Counted from the first letter of the stretch, positions 1-17,596 are shown. The stretch: 64,000 nucleotides of DNA from the human T2T-CHM13v2.0 reference genome, Homo sapiens (GCF_009914755.1 NC_060925.1); one strand, 5' to 3'. The notes: generated from the sequence alone by a model not told the origin. Numbers and translations are program-made.

Positions 1-1214
1 GTAAAAGTCCATTAAAGTGAATTGTATAACCAGTTTTTTTTGTTGTTGTTTTTTAAATGTTCTCTCCTTTTCCTCTAAATTCTGAATCAACCCTAGCTTG
101 CTCCACTTCAGAATCTTCTTCTACTGGACTAAAAATTCTAAAATCACTGGGCTCAAACTTTCTCCCACCTCCTCTGCCGTTTGCCCCTCAAGTTCAAAGG
201 AATGTCCTCCTCCCTTTCTAGCACTTTCTTCTCTTTCCTTTTGGGTTTATCAAATATGCTAATCCACCTTATTGAAATTAGGAGAAAAAGGCCAGACTTC
301 TTATTTTCCCTCAATCTTATATACCACCTTCTTATTGCCAAACTTCTGAGTAAGTCAGTATACATTATCTTTCACTCGTTCATTAACTATTTACTGCTTA
401 GTTCCCTGCAATACTCACCTCTATCCCCAATTTTAGTAAAACTCTTTCATAAATAACCAAAACTTTCATCCTTATATTACAAAGGCCAGCTCTAAAAAAC
501 CTGTCTTCTTTGGGAAATGCGATATTGCTCATTATGAATATTTTCTGAACCTGTCCCTTTTTCCCTTCTTGATTTCCTGATGCTTCACTCTCTCAGTTCT
601 CTCTTTACCTCTTGAATTCCCTTCTTTTCAATGGATGTAAGTATACTAGCATTCCAGACTCAGTACTCTTCTTCTTCTGTAGTCTGTTGAACTAGGTGAA
701 TTTCATTAGAAAAAGCAATTACTTATAACTGTTTCAGTTTAAAATGTTAAAATTGTGTAGATAATATGTAAAATTGCATCTCTACCTACTTTAACTTCTC
801 TCCTGTTCTTTTTATACAGGCCTCCATCAAGTCTGACTTCCCCATTCACTTTCACATACCAGCCATACCGAACCAATATGGTTCCTTTACTCCAAACATA
901 CCATATTCTGCATCCATTTTCTGGTTAACAACAGGTTCCCTCTGCCGAGAATGCCCTACCTACTTGCTTTCTAATGAACTACTGTACTACTGTTTTTAAA
1001 CGTCCACTTACTGGGTAATTAGGATGTTTCAAAAACTATATTCCAAGTACTTGCTCCAATTTACTGTCAAGAAGAGTTTAGCAAAATCTAATAACTTGCT
1101 TAAGATCACAACCCTAGAAAGTGTCACAAAGATTTCAACTTAGTTAAGTTTGAGTCAAAAGATTAATTTCTCAACTTCCTCTTCTATTCTTCATCCTTCA
1201 AGACAGGAGGCATT

Positions 1215-1400
1215 CTGGAACAGTAGAAAGAGCCCTGGTTTTGAAGTCAGACCTGAGTTAAAAGCCTGACTCTATCACTTATTAGCTATGTAACCCCACA
1301 GTGTGTATTCTCTATATCCCAGGATTAAAAGAGTAAATGCTTTAATATGTGTAAAAGCCCTAACCAAGCAACATAGTAAGATGTCAACAAATGGCAGTTC
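1215..1400 (+). mobile_element. MIR SINE fragment
   Basis: gaagtcagacctgagttaaaagcctgactctatcacttattagctatgtaacc resembles the MIR core. Confidence 0.6.
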
Positions 1401-2149
1401 TCTTTCCTTTATCATGTATTTGAATCCCAGTTATCCGTAAAGACTTTGATGACCCTCCCCAGGCAGAGAAGCACAATTTTTTTCAAATAACTCTTTCTTC
1501 ACTAGACAGTAAACTCTTTGCGATTACAGGCCAAGTATTATTTTGTGTCTCTAGTGACACAGTGTTTACTACTCAGATACTCAATAATTATTGCTAATGT
1601 TTAGATAAAATGAATGGATAAATCAACATCTGCTTATTAGTTATCTTACCTCTTCCTCCCTCTAACATCTCATATCCTACGTACCCAGAACCACAATCAC
1701 ATTTCCTGAAACCTGACCTTCCATATTTACCCCAATTTTCCCAGGAAGAATGTCTTCTGTTTTCTTTTGCTGCCTAATTTGCCTCCCACTATCTGCCATT
1801 ACCACCTCTGCCAACTGTTACCATCTCTGCCATTCTCTGCCAACTGTTACCATCCTCTTCAAGCTTCAAGAGCAGCAGCCTTTATATTAGTTTTCCAATC
1901 TTCATTCTACCCCTGACTCACAACAGGGCTAAAGTGATCTTAAGTTTTGTATCATAATTTTTATCCTTGTAAAAATTTTTTTACCTTTTGATTTATGAGA
2001 TCCTTGAGGACACAATGACATTTTCTTACTCATTTTTATATTTTCTGTAGTCCTGCAGAATGCTTGCAGACATCTTAAAGTAACACTTAAGAAAGTCTTT
2101 ATAAACTCTCAAGAAATGGGACAAACATAAGTTGTGCTGGCAGGTTGGT

Positions 2150-2380
2150 AACAATAGCTACCATTTATTGGCACTTATTATATGCCAGTTTTAGGTATTT
2201 CATAAAATTTTCTCATTTACTCCTCACAAAAAAAAGGGGGGCATTGTTATGTCTATTTTATAGAAGAAGAAACTGAGACTGGGAAGTGAAGAAACTTGCT
2301 CAAGGACGTAAGATGAAGAAGGTGTAAGGTGAAATCTGTCTATTCCATAGCCCGGCAGTTAACTTCCATGCTCAGCTGTT
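2150..2380 (-). mobile_element. MIR SINE
   Basis: aatagctaccatttattggcacttattatatgccag ... tttatagaagaagaaactgagact. Confidence 0.65.
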
Positions 2381-2892
2381 TCTTTGTAATAGTTGCTCTC
2401 TTCACTTGAATTCACATTCTTTCCCTTCTACATCAGAGGAAAATAAACCCTAAGTATCCTAAACCCTTTTCAAAGATAACTGTACTTGTCAATTAGTTTT
2501 ATTCCCACATATTTCTTCTTGGCCCATAATCCTTTAATGATCTCTTCCAAGTACAGTTCAAGTTGCTTCCAGTGGCTTCTTCCAACAGACTTCCTCATCC
2601 ATTCACTTATCTTTTCCACTGCCTATATTCTATCTAGTTCCTTTTACTGTCAAGGTTAAAAGGTGCCACTACCTCCACATATTTCCAAAAGCCCTTGAAA
2701 TACTGTTTCAGCCCTACTTTATTCCCTAAAAACATCAACTCAAAAGTCTCCTAAGATAATCACTAAGGTTTTTTCTCAGTTATTTTCCTCAACTTGTTAC
2801 CCCTGTTGCTATTGCAAACTCACCCACTTGTATTTCTGTGAGAGTTTACCATTTTTTTCTGAACTAGTTTCTCAGTACTATCCCATTCTTTA

Positions 2893-3117
<225 letters not shown>

Positions 3118-3297
3118 TCACTATTTTAAATAAATAGATGAAAGAAAAGAAAGAAAATTATTCACAGAGAGGATGGCATGCGCCAGAAGAATAATTTCTT
3201 CCCGGGTAAGAGAAAAAAGGGGCAATAAGATGCAAAAGATGGATTAGAGTTTGGCTATGAGAAACTTCACAGACCTCTGCTTACTCTGCACACTGAC

Positions 3298-3496
3298 TAT
3301 AGGACTAGCACACTATGACCCATGGGCCAAATCTTGACCAAGGCATTTCTGTATGATTCATGAGCTCATACTTATTTTTACATTTTTAAAGAGCTGGAAA
3401 AAAAAAAGGCAATGTGTAACAAAAATCATATATATCAAGCAAAGCCTAAAATATTTATTATCTGGCCCTTCATAGAAAAAAATTACCAATCCCTGC
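3298..3496. mobile_element. MER58-like hAT-Charlie MITE
   Basis: actatgacccatgggccaaatc ... tatctggcccttcatagaaaaaaattaccaatccctg; degenerate TIRs. Confidence 0.65.
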
Positions 3497-3759
3497 CATA
3501 CATTGTTTGGAGCCACTGAAGGAATTCAGGAAGGCATGTGATATATTCAATTGTTTTGGAATGATCATTCTGGCAGTTCTGTAGGACACAGAGACATGAG
3601 AAAATAGAAAGGTATACTAGAACAGTAAATGTGAGAAGACAAAGTCCTGAACAAGGACAGCATAGAGAGAATAACAGGGACTTTGTAATTCCTTGGCTGA
3701 GGAGAATGACTAAGGAGGAAGAGAAGAGAAGTAGCCAAGATAGTCAAGCTGAGTGATTA

Positions 3760-4415
<656 letters not shown>

Positions 4416-4554
4416 GAAAGCTGTATACATATAACAGGTACTGAAAGAATATCTGGTGACTGATGCGGCAAGAAAAAACAAATTTATTAATTTTTTCCTG
4501 ATTTATTCCCAAACCTCTCTTGTATAAGGTTCTTGCCCTGATTCTAAATCATAC

Positions 4555-4748
4555 CTTGGAAGGAGGTGGTACAGGCTTAGGAACCAGGTTCTTATAGACA
4601 CTTGGAACCACGGATGACAATTTGTTCCCATTTGCATGGTGAGATCCTGGTGAGGTGAATGCAGCAGAGAAGGCAGCAGCAGGATCCTCTTTGGAAACTT
4701 TTTTGATAACTAGCATCTTGGAGGGTTGCTTGGCACTAGGCGGGTTTT
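4555..4748 (-). CDS. GPBP1L1: GPBP1L1 coding exon (exon 8 in my model), 194 nt, (E)NPPSAKQPSKMLVIKK...PKPVPPPSK
   Basis: ORF 4549-4761 matches vasculin-like protein 1. Acceptor ttcacag|AAAACC at 4748, donor TCCAAG|gtatga at 4555. Phases fit the neighbouring exons. Confidence 0.95.
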
Positions 4749-5070
4749 CTGTGAAGTACAAGAGTGGAGAGACAACAGAATGTCAAACCTGTTGTGTAAC
4801 ATGAAGCATAGTTTATACAAAGGCCTTAGTCAACAAAACAGCTGACAGTTGAGACAGAGGGATTAAACATTCCCTGGTATGCACTTAATAGATACTCTCA
4901 AAAGTGAGACTACTCAGGAACTGTACAAAAAAATGCAGCATATGAGGAACTGGATACTAAATTTATAAATCAGCCAGGAAGTCCAAAGATGTTAGCAGTC
5001 CTTCAGGGGCACAATATGTCTGATGGACAGTGTGATCAGTTAAGCATGAACCCAACAAGAATAAATCCAA

Positions 5071-6510
<1,440 letters not shown>

Positions 6511-6770
6511 AACTGCTTCCAAATTCACGGTTCTATAAGTTCTCAGTTGTCTGTATTTTGACTCTACTACCATGGTAACATTTCAGTGGTGTTTGGGGGT
6601 TGGGCGGTGGGGTAGGGGGCAGAATAACCCGCTACAGTCAGATGTTAGTTACCATGGGCAAATGCATGAGATGAGAAACAAGAGATAAAAAGAGATAAGG
6701 AATCTTTGCTCCCCTCCCTGCTAAGAAAAAATTTTAAAGTTGTGCCTTTAAAATGGCAAAATCTACCTAC

Positions 6771-6843
6771 CCCATACTCCAGAAGGTGTCCCAATAGGTC
6801 TGCATGGCTGATGCTGTTTGCCAGCTTCTGGATTCAAGGAAGG
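6771..6843 (-). CDS. GPBP1L1: GPBP1L1 coding exon 7, 73 nt, PSLNPEAGKQHQPCRPIGTPSGVW
   Basis: Acceptor tttttttcctag|CCTTCC, donor TGGG|gtaggt. Joins ...EEEDF to ENPP... in frame. Confidence 0.95.
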
Positions 6844-8002
6844 CTAGGAAAAAAGGGATATGAATGGTTGATACAGAAAGCTGATCATTTTGGCACTTTT
6901 CACAAAGTAGCCATCACCATGGAACCTATCAAATAATTACATATTTTACATATTAGCAACACTTACTAATTTGACACTGTATTCAGAAACGTAACAAACA
7001 GAAAATATCAAAACACAAAATCAATAGGTATTATGTTAATATTAGGTTCTCCTGAGTTTCATTTCCTTTGATATAAGGGATTTCATTTATTTTAAATAAA
7101 CAGACTAAATGTGCGAATTCCCACTTTCCTATAGGATATGTATGCCAAATAAGGAGGCACTGAAAGTTAGATGAACAAGAATGTGGATCATTTTCCTCAG
7201 ATTAAAGGAGGACAATGTGGTCAGTGAAATGTATAGTATTCACTGCATTTCTAAGATGGGTGTAGGGCAGGGGCAGACCATATGCCAAGGACTGTGCTAG
7301 AAATACAATAAAGAGCCCCTGTCTTCACACGGGTCACAGTTTTGCTATAAAAACTTCTAGACAAGTTAAGTACAATAAAAGGTTACAAGGACGATGAAAA
7401 AAATTCATATTAGGGAAGAAGGAGTACTCAGTAAGAAACATCAATTCTACTTGAAAGAGAAGTGCTATCAGAAAAGGCTTTACTAACAGGTGATTTAAGA
7501 ATCCTTAAAGATGAATTCCAAAGCTGGAAAAACGGTAATTCCAGGAACAGAAAGCATTAAAAAGAACAGAATATTCAGGTCTGCAAATAGTTCAGCATGA
7601 GTAGTGCTAGGGAAGGAGGGGACCCTTCTGTGGGGAAAGAGGTATCTGGCAAAGCAGGCAAGAGCCAGCTTGTGGAGGATTTCTTAGGGGAGATTAAGTT
7701 TTATTCTACAGGTAATGAGGATCCATCTTTCATGCAGTTAACATTATCTAATTATCAACTTACAACCGTCACTCTAGTAGCAGCTTAAAGGATGGATCTG
7801 AGGTATTTAAACATCAACTAAGAGACCATTAGGAGATCAATTCCATAGTCCGGGAGGGTAATAAAGGTAACAGAAGTAGAGAACGAGATAAGGGAAAGGG
7901 CAGGGAAGAGTTAAGAGCAATAGACTAGACTTAATAACTAATCGTATGACACTGCTGTCCTAGCCCAAACTTTACAATCTGGTAACAGGGTAGGAGAATG
8001 GC

Positions 8003-8307
8003 TTTTTTTTTTTTTTTTTTTTTTTTTTTTGTGACAGAGTGTCACTCTGTTGCCCAGGTTGGAGTACAGTGGCACAATCCTGGCTCATTGCAACCTCCAC
8101 TTTCCAGGTTCAAGCAATTCTCCTGTCTCAGCTTCCTGAGTAACTGGGATTACAGGTGCGCACCACCACACCCAGCTAATTTTTGTATTTTTAGTACAGA
8201 CAGGGTTTCACCATGCTGGCCAGGCTGGTCTCGAACTGACCTCAAGTGATCCACTCACCTTGGCCTCCCAAAGTGCTGAGATTACAGGCATGAGCCACTG
8301 TGCCCAG
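8003..8307 (-). mobile_element. AluS, minus strand
   Basis: Poly(T) followed by the reverse Alu; TSD-like gga(g/a)aatggctttt on both sides. Confidence 0.9.
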
Positions 8308-8344
8308 CAGGAAAATGGCTTTTCAGCACAATTGCCTGTGAACA

Positions 8345-8465
8345 TTATACAAACAACAAAAAGACACCCAGGCTCCACTACAGAGCTTCAGAATCAGAAT
8401 CTCCAGGGGCAGGGCCTCTAGCAGGTATGTATTTTCCAAGCAATCAAGGTGAGAACCACTACAAT
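8345..8465. mobile_element. MER5-like hAT fragment
   Basis: agaatcagaatctccaggggcagggcc...gagaaccact. Confidence 0.55.
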
Positions 8466-10103
8466 AGGAGAACAAGCACAAATGCAAATGAAACTACCAA
8501 CTCTCTATATAAGTGGACAAATCAGTGACAGATTTTCAAGGACAGGTAAATACATTCCTCTAGATGGAGTGGTAGAGGCAGAAGGAGTGCCCAGCCATAA
8601 AAGCTGTGGTTGTTTCCTTGTTTCATTTTAATAGGCATGTTGTACCCAGGGTTCTCAGAGACAATGCTCCTATTTATACAGTATCTTTGATCTCTTTCTA
8701 CTGTTTTAAAAAATACAGTTTTAAAACTTGTAAAATATAAACAGGAAAAATATAAAACAAATGAATAAGTTAATGGGTAAAAGTTCTTTTAAACACTACA
8801 TGGTTTAAGCAACATAACATTACCAGACAAACCAGAAAGACATTACAAATCTCATTAGAAAAAAACCCCAAAACTACTCATACTTATGGTGATCACTGCA
8901 TTTTTTTTTTTACTAACCCATTGTGTCTCCCTTGACACTATAGTTTTGTCTCCAAAAACAATCTCAGCTTTTAATCTACTAGTTTTTAGAAAATCTTAAG
9001 CCTCTTTCTATAAATTGGTAGTTGGTTCTAGAGGTTACAGAATCCTTAGTGGTTTTGTATTCTTCCATTAGGAGACACACACAAATAACATGTGGTTGTG
9101 CTTCTTTTAGTGATGCTGGCAGACACTGGTGCTCATAGCCTAAAACTGTCAGCTCAATACAAGATGCAAAAACAATGATCTAATTTTACAATTCTTTATA
9201 AAGTAGTATACTTCCATAAATAGGAACTTCCCCTATTTGGCGATTCAACAGTACAGTTCATATAGAAAAAATATGATACATGCTTGTTCCTAAGGTGAGG
9301 TAGGTATCATTGTGAATTCACAGATTTAAATCCAATTTGATGTGATTCAACCCTCGTCGTTATTATTATTAATTGATGCATAAAACTGTCCCATGTTTGG
9401 CCTATGGAACCCTCTTCAATTTGGCTTCTAAATCCTTTTGCTACAACCCTAAGTAGTTCTTTACTTCTTTGTTATCTAGTTTGAAAAAATATTCCAAGCT
9501 CTTCTTTTAAGTATGCTGTCTGGATAAACTATTTCAAGATCACAATCCAGGCAGTAGAGCCACTCATTGCTATGGGGTTGTTCACTGTTTTTATGTCTTT
9601 TCAGTGGACAGAACCGCCTAGAAGTATGTATTTTTCACTCCAAAGCTAAAACACCTCATAACTTATTACTGATATTCCCAATTCAAACTGAGTACCCTTG
9701 TGGATTTTACGGAACATCTATTTTACGTTTTTATTTCCTCCTACAAGAATCCTGATTCTCAAGTATACAAAGTATAGAATATCATATTTAATTGCTTTAT
9801 TCCATATTATGCACAAGTTTCAGAATAGCAATGTCAGTATTTCACCAGTGACCAAAATGTTTTGTTTTTTTTGGACATGTTCTCCCCATCTTCCCACTTT
9901 AAAAAAGTTATACTATGTCCAGATTGTGAGATCATATAACTATCACATGCTAACTCTCTTTTAACCCTCATTTCTTCTTAGCTCTACAATTAACCATACA
10001 TTTAGTATTTACCACCATTCCTTTTGTAATCTTTCTGGTTAGTTTGTCAGAAGCTTGTTCTTCAGTAGTTCTCAGGAAAAGTCTTGGGAACGATATTCCG
10101 AAG

Positions 10104-10569
10104 TTTTTTGTTTTTTTTTTTTTTGAGGCATTTTATTTGTAAATATGTATTGCATCCCTAGAAACAAAATCCAAGGATTTTCCCTCCTGTGTGTTTTCGT
10201 CTTGCTTCTTCATGGTCCATGATACCAGCTAAGGCTGTCAATATGACGAAGTCAAATGGTTGGGATAGAAGCAGATTGTTCTGCCGTTTTTCTAGATCTT
10301 TGAGTTGCAAATCAAAGCTGGGGCTCTACACTTGTTTAGCCTGCCTGTGAGGTTCACAATTTTCCCAGCTCTGTTATCATCAATGATTTCAAATTTGCCA
10401 ATGTAACGATGCTTCATCATCACAGCTAGAAGTTGGACAATGACTTTGGAGCATGGCCTAGTAAGAACCGGCGTTTCCCTCTCTTTTCGGCATTGGTGAT
10501 ACTCTTGAGAGCAACAGGTAGGATGTTCACACACACCATTGTGGCAGCGCGAAACAATGCCGGAAAGAG
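10104..10569 (-). pseudogene. Processed pseudogene of ribosomal protein S15a (RPS15A), in GPBP1L1 intron 6
   Basis: 5'TOP CTCTTTCC; ATG at 10539; RPS15A peptides ([31 protein letters not shown]); frameshifts; TAG at 10158; AATAAA and poly(A); intronless; degenerate TSD cgatattccgaag/caatattccaag. Confidence 0.93.
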
Positions 10570-10886
10570 CAATATTCCAAGTACTTACACATTGATGTTT
10601 GTCTGTGATCTTTATAACTGAACATTAGCTTGACAAAGCACAAAATCTTTGGCTCACATTTTCTTTATTGTAATTGTTACTCCATTTACTTGTTATAAAG
10701 CTTTGCTGTCACAGTCTATCTGGTTTTCTTTCTCTTAACAACTCAGTCTTTATGCCTGAATGGCCAAAGGATATCTTTCTTTTTTTGTTCAAGTCTAGTA
10801 TTTTGTAAGAGTATGTCTTAGTCATCCTGGCTATCCTTTCAATTTGTAGATTCAAATCTAAATGTATTTCAGAAAAATGTTCCTGA

Positions 10887-11198
<312 letters not shown>

Positions 11199-11792
11199 AC
11201 TTGTCAGTATTTAAGCTATTCCTTTATTTTGGTTTTCTTTCTGGGGGCGGGGTGGGAAGATCCTATTATATATCTATATTAGATCTTTTCTGCCAAACTT
11301 TTTTTTCCCAGTTTTAATTTTTTACCTATGTATTTCTCCTTCATTTAAAAAATTTTCCTTCGCTGTCTAATTCTTGAAAAATATTATTTATTCTCTTTAT
11401 TCTTCAGTATTTTTCTGAAATTTTTTATTATTACTTCTTTTCAAGAGTTCTAGCCCCTTATTTTGAGTTTTCCCAGATGATTTTTTTTTTTAAACCAACT
11501 TCTTAGGATTTTTTTTTTTTTTTTTCTGAGACCAAGTTTCATACTCTTGTTGCCCAGGCCGGAGTGCAATGGTGCGATCTTGGCTCACTGCAACCTCTGC
11601 CTCCCGGGTTTACGTTCTTTAATGTCCTGGTTATCTTCTCCCTACCGCTTTTATCTGAACCTTTCCTTTCGTCTCTACTAACTTGTCTCTCTGCAGCTCA
11701 ATCTGGATTATATTTCCAACAGTTTGTCCTCAGTGACGGGCTTTGTTCTGGAAGGGTATAGTGGCCAGCTAGCATGAACAACGATAGAACCC

Positions 11793-12740
11793 TGTGCTGG
11801 TTACCGCTTCTTAGTCACAAAGTCATCCCTTCTGCCTGTTGAGCAAAAATGTGCCTGGACACTTTAAAACTTTTCCTTTGACAGCTGGCATGTTAACTTC
11901 TGCCAGCGGAGAACAATGGAGAGATTTTTACTTCCTGTTCCCGTGTGTTTTTCAGCAGGCTCCCACAGCACCCAGTTCCTCAAAGCCAGGTTCTGACATA
12001 TAAGTGAGCTCAGAGACCAGCAGCTTCCCTCAGCACCTCATCTGAGTAGTTTTGTAGCAGAGTGACACCTCTCATGAAAAGCCTTTCAGCACGCTTCCCC
12101 AGAGAAGCACATCAGCAATTACTCTGCCATTCAGTGAGCCACAACTGAGCCCTTTCTAACCAGGTATGAATCTCAGCCCTGGGGTGGTGGTAGGGAAATG
12201 GGGGACTCATTCTTGGACACACTGTCTTAGCCCTAAGGGTAGTGGCTGCTCCTTGTATGTATGCATATATGTCTGTGTGTATGTTTTTTTCTTTTTTTTT
12301 GAGACAGGGTCTCACTCTGTTACCCAGGGTGGAATGAAGTGGTGCCATCTGGGCTCACTGCAGCTACGACCTGCCAGACTCAAGCAATCCTCCCACCTCA
12401 GCCCCCTGAGTAGCTGGGACTACCAGGTACCCACCACGTCCAGCTAATTTTTAAATTTTTTGTAGAGACAAAAGTTTCACCACGTTGCCCAGGCTGGTCT
12501 CAAACTCCTGGACTCAAGCAATCGCCCTGCCTCGACCTCCCAAAGTGCTGCAATCACAGGCGTGAGCCACTGAACTGTGACTACGTGCTATTTCTATTTT
12601 CTTTAAAGATCTTTTTACTTTGTACTAGTCAATCCTTCATTACTCCAATCTTGCTATAGTTAAATTCCTTATATTAACTTTCTCTATTCAAACTACTGTG
12701 TGGTTTGAACTCTTGACTGGTCCAGTCAGATCCTTCATAC
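11793..12740 (+). mobile_element. ERVL-type solo LTR (LTR33-like) interrupted by an Alu (12284-12570)
   Basis: Starts tgtgctggttac...cctttgacagctggca; ends taaattccttatattaac...ctcttgactgg. Family call by recognition only. Confidence 0.5.
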
Positions 12741-13086
12741 CTTATCCCAGAGCCCCTGTATTTACTTGTTATTCCATTACGGAAAACTACTCCCGATTAA
12801 CTGCTGCTCTTCTCAAATATGCCCTACGAGCTTTCCAGAAAAACGGTTGGCTCTGTTAGCATTCTTTATGCTGTCAGGTGCTCTGCTGCTTCCCTTCAGT
12901 TCCCCCTGCACAAATGCTAGTATTAACCAAGCCTCTTATATAGATTTTGGTGGTTTGTCCCTATCCCTTTACGGGTATGTGGGGAAATATCATTTTGCTT
13001 TGACGTAGATGGCATCTGTAGATTTTGTTGGTTCCTCAACTCTACTTGCTTTGTCTTATTTTTAACTTTACTTTAAAATAATTTCA

Positions 13087-13500
<414 letters not shown>

Positions 13501-15318
13501 TAATATTTCACATTTGCTTCCCCATTCTTTCTCCTGAACCATGTGCAAGTTGCAGGACTTGATGCCACTTACCCTTAAATATGTATTTCCTTAAAAGGAT
13601 ATCTTTTACATAATCAGAGTAATTATTAACACTTATACATACTATTATCTAATCTACAACACTTATTCAAATTGTCCCACTGATGTTTTAGCAAAAGAAA
13701 ATTTTTGCAAAATGGTTTTGCCTCACCCAGTAGTTATTTAATCTAGGTTTACATGTTGTTTTTAGTTGTCATATCTCTAGTTCTTTAATCTGGAGCTTTT
13801 TTTTTTTTCATGGCCTTAACATTTTTGAAGACTACAGGCCAGTTATTTTGCAATTCTTTTGTAGAATCCTCAATTTGGGCTTGTCTGAGGTCTCCTATGA
13901 TTAGATCCAGGCAATGCATTTCTGGAAGGAATGTTACAGAGGTGATGGTGCATATTTCTCAGTGCCATCATATCAGGAGGTTTAAATCTGTTTCACTACT
14001 GGTAATTTTAATATTTTTTAATACTAAAATTTTCATACAGTAAAATGTACACATATAAAATATACTCAATTCTATGAGTTTTTAAAATGCTAATACCTCC
14101 CTAACTTCTTTGAAGATTATTAACACTTCCATCAACCAGAAAGTTCCCTTCATACCCTTTCCCAGTTAATCCCCACTGTGCACAGGCAACCATAAAACCA
14201 TTCTGATTTTCTTTCCCATCATAGATTATTTGGCTGTTCTGGAATTTCATATATAGTTTTTCTACAGAGTCCTTAGGATTTTCATTTCACCTGCAAACAC
14301 AAAGTTTTATTTCCTCTTGTTAAACTGTATACATTTCTTTTTCTTGCCTTATTGTACTTGTTAGGACCTCTAATACAATGATAAATACAAGTGATAAGAG
14401 TAAACATATTAATATTGCTCCCAATATTAAAGGGAGCTCTGCTTTTACTGGATAATTGGGGAAGATGAAAAAGCTGTAGCCAATACTGCTGGCATCCTCT
14501 CAGAGTCCCTTCTCTCCACCAATTTCTTACTCCTCAGGTTTCAAACACATCCAAGTCTCCTAATCCTAGAACACTCTACCCTCACACCTGGCTCTTTATT
14601 CTCCAAAGAGTAGTGTATCATTCATCACCAACTTACTCTCTAACCCTTACAACCACACTTGTCAATTTTGAAAGGCCATCCCAAACTGCCAGAGTCAAAG
14701 CTCTCTCCCACACTTAGTAACAGCTACCATTTAAAAATCTGTGTTCCTGTCTATATCATGTACTTCAAAAAAGCAAAAAACAAAAACCTATCTGTCAAGG
14801 TCTGTGCTGAGTGGTTCACAAACATTCTCTAACAACTCAGGGACAATTAGGACTATTTAACTTGCCCAGGTAACAATATAGGACTGTTAATTACACGAAA
14901 CCAATACGATTTTAAAATAATTTTCTAATTATACATACATATGGTATAGAAAAAAATAATATAGAAAATCTACTGCAAACAATCAGGTCCCAAAACATCT
15001 TCAATTTGTGATTTTTATCTACCTACTTTTTCTTGGTATACTTGTTCCTTCTTCAGCTAACCACTTCTCAGTCTCCCTTACTGCTAATCCACAGGTTCTG
15101 CTCTACACCTCCCTTCTTTCCAATGTATTACTCTCCTTGAGCGATTTTATTTATCCACAAACCTCAACTATTATCTCTATTTTCAAGTGCACTTCTCTAG
15201 ACCTAACCCATCTCTTTGGCATCAAGAATTTGTTTTCTCCAACCAATTCTGCTCCTTCTGCTTTCTCTCTTCAAGTTAATTACATATTATTCATCAAGTC
15301 ACTTTGGATAGAAATCTT

Positions 15319-16187
15319 TAGGAAAATTTGCATTACCTTTTTATGTAAAGAAAGCTCAACAGTGTACATTTAATCCAATTGGTGGCAAGTTCTTTAGCCT
15401 TTGCCTTTTTGAGCTTGGCAATGCGAGTCACAGACTTGGGACCCAGGACATTGCCTCCCCAGTGATGGCAGATCTCATCGTATCTGTCATTGTAATTGAT
15501 CCTGATAGCTTCCACCAGCTTAGACAAACCTCCTTTGTCTTCCAAGTTAACCTGTGTGAAGGCAACCAGTGGTGCAGGTCTTTCTGTGGAGTAGACATCC
15601 CACTCTTGACTTCCCCTTGATAATGCAGTAAGGGACCCCCATTTTACGACACAGGGCAGGTAGGAAGACAACCAGCTTGATGGGATCCATGTCATATGCA
15701 ATCACCACTAGCTGAGTCTTCGTGTTCTCCACCAAGGTGGTGAAGTGCTGACTCCTGCTTGAAAGACAGGTGGTCTCTTACTGGGGACATCCCCTTTGCT
15801 GGCAGCTTTCTTCTCAGCCTGGGCCAATAGCCTCTGCTTCTTTCTCTTGCTTTGCCTCTGATCTGTACTTGTGGGCCAGCTTAAGTAGCTGAGTAGCTGT
15901 TTGGCAGCGCAAGGCCTGGATGAACTGGTTAATCGCAGGAGGCATTTTCAGCTGCATATAGAGGATGGCTCTCTGCTGCTGCAACCTGATATAGCAGGGC
16001 CATTTCACAAAGCAGGTGAGGTCTCTTTTGGGCTGGGTGTCCTGTCCAATGCCAAAATTCTTAGGCCTTTTCTTAAATAGCGGATTCACCACTTTCTTGG
16101 CTCTGCTTCTTGACGACAGCAGGGGCCAGAGCCAACTTCTTCCCCTTGCCCTTCTTTCCTTTCGGCATCTTGGGTGGCGGGAGGAGA
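15319..16187 (-). pseudogene. Processed pseudogene of ribosomal protein L7a (RPL7A), in GPBP1L1 intron 6
   Basis: ATG at 16168 (MPKGKK...). Peptides [39 protein letters not shown] and [17 protein letters not shown] lie in different frames. TSD AGAAATCTT at 15310-15318 and 16188-16196. Confidence 0.95.
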
Positions 16188-16369
16188 AGAAATCTTATTT
16201 TTGACTCTTCCTTCTCTAATTAACAATACCTCAGTTCCAATCCTTTAAGTTTAGTCTCCAAAACAAGGTCTTTTACAAACTGAATTTCCATTAACAGAAA
16301 AATGGATAAATAAATCAAGTGTATTCACACAATATAATATTTGCTATAGAGTAGTAAAAAAGATCTAGA

Positions 16370-16580
16370 GCAAGGTTTGTCAGCCATGACACTACTAACA
16401 TTTTAGCCTGGTTAATTCTGTTATGAGGCTGTCCAGTGCGTTTTAAGTGTTTAGCAACATCCCTGATCTCTACATGTTAGGTGATATTAACACTAACCCC
16501 AGTTGTGACAACAAAGATGTCTCCATATAATGCCAAATATCCCCCAGCGGGCAAACTTGCCCCTAGTTGAGAACCACTAA
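16370..16580 (+). mobile_element. MER20 hAT-Charlie element
   Basis: tttagcaacatccctgatctctac...cccagttgtgacaacaaagatgtctcc...gttgagaaccact. Confidence 0.75.
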
Positions 16581-17596
16581 GCTAGAGCCTCATGATTCAA
16601 CACATGTAAACTTCAAACAATTTTACATAAATAAGAGAATTACAGTATGAATTATTCATATGAAGGTAAAAAAATGCACAAATTGATAAAATAGAATGTT
16701 TGTATCATTCCCACTGGGAATGTCACAGGACTGATAATGAAGTTTCTAATCAAACTATGCTAATCAGTAGCATACTACCCAGTTTAAAAGGTACAATTAC
16801 TTCTACTTTACTCCACACTATTTCTTGTTTGCTACAATCTTCTCTTTTTCTTAATGAAGTACGTAAGAAATCAAAACTATTGGGGATTCAAATAAATTAG
16901 TCTTCTATATGCACAGTTGGCTATGGTTATAATATTAGATATACTCTAAATATTTCATTTCAGATACAAATTATGTTAAAATCATTATGGGTTTATTTAA
17001 TCATAGAATAAAAGTATTAAAGGAAAGTTGTTTTTTAATAAGAATATACTGTGATTGCTGCAATTTTTTTTTTTTAAGAGATAGAGTCTTGCTTCCACCT
17101 CCGCCTCCCAAGTAGCTGGGGCTATAGGTGCACGCCACCCATGTCCACCAGCTCTGTTGCTAATGCTTTCATTGCTAGTTTGATATGAATTTCATCAAGT
17201 TCCTTAAGTGTAATGAGCAACATACATTGTTTTCAAATCATTCCCACTGGTCTTTCTTGGATTTGCTTGTAATACAAGTTTGCTGTATAAATAATAAAGA
17301 TTACATTTGAAATTGTAGTAATTTCTGGACTATTTGTTATCTAGAACATTCTGGACAAATATTCAATATGTAAGGGCAGTATAGACCTTCCTGAGGATAA
17401 AGTTTTGAAGAACACTCACCTGGGAATAGGAATTCACATTAATATATAATTTACAGCAAGGACCCCAGGTCACTTCCTAGACTTGAGGGTAGAGGAGCTA
17501 ATGCCTAAATTTCACTCCTCTTTAGGTGACTCTACTAACTGATGAAATGGCTATAACAGAAGCGACTGATCGATGTGCTACTTAAAAACAGCTAGA

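Noticed and set aside
15333-16092. RPL7A-like ORFs as a functional retrogene
   Set aside because: Split across frames by frameshifts; pseudogene.
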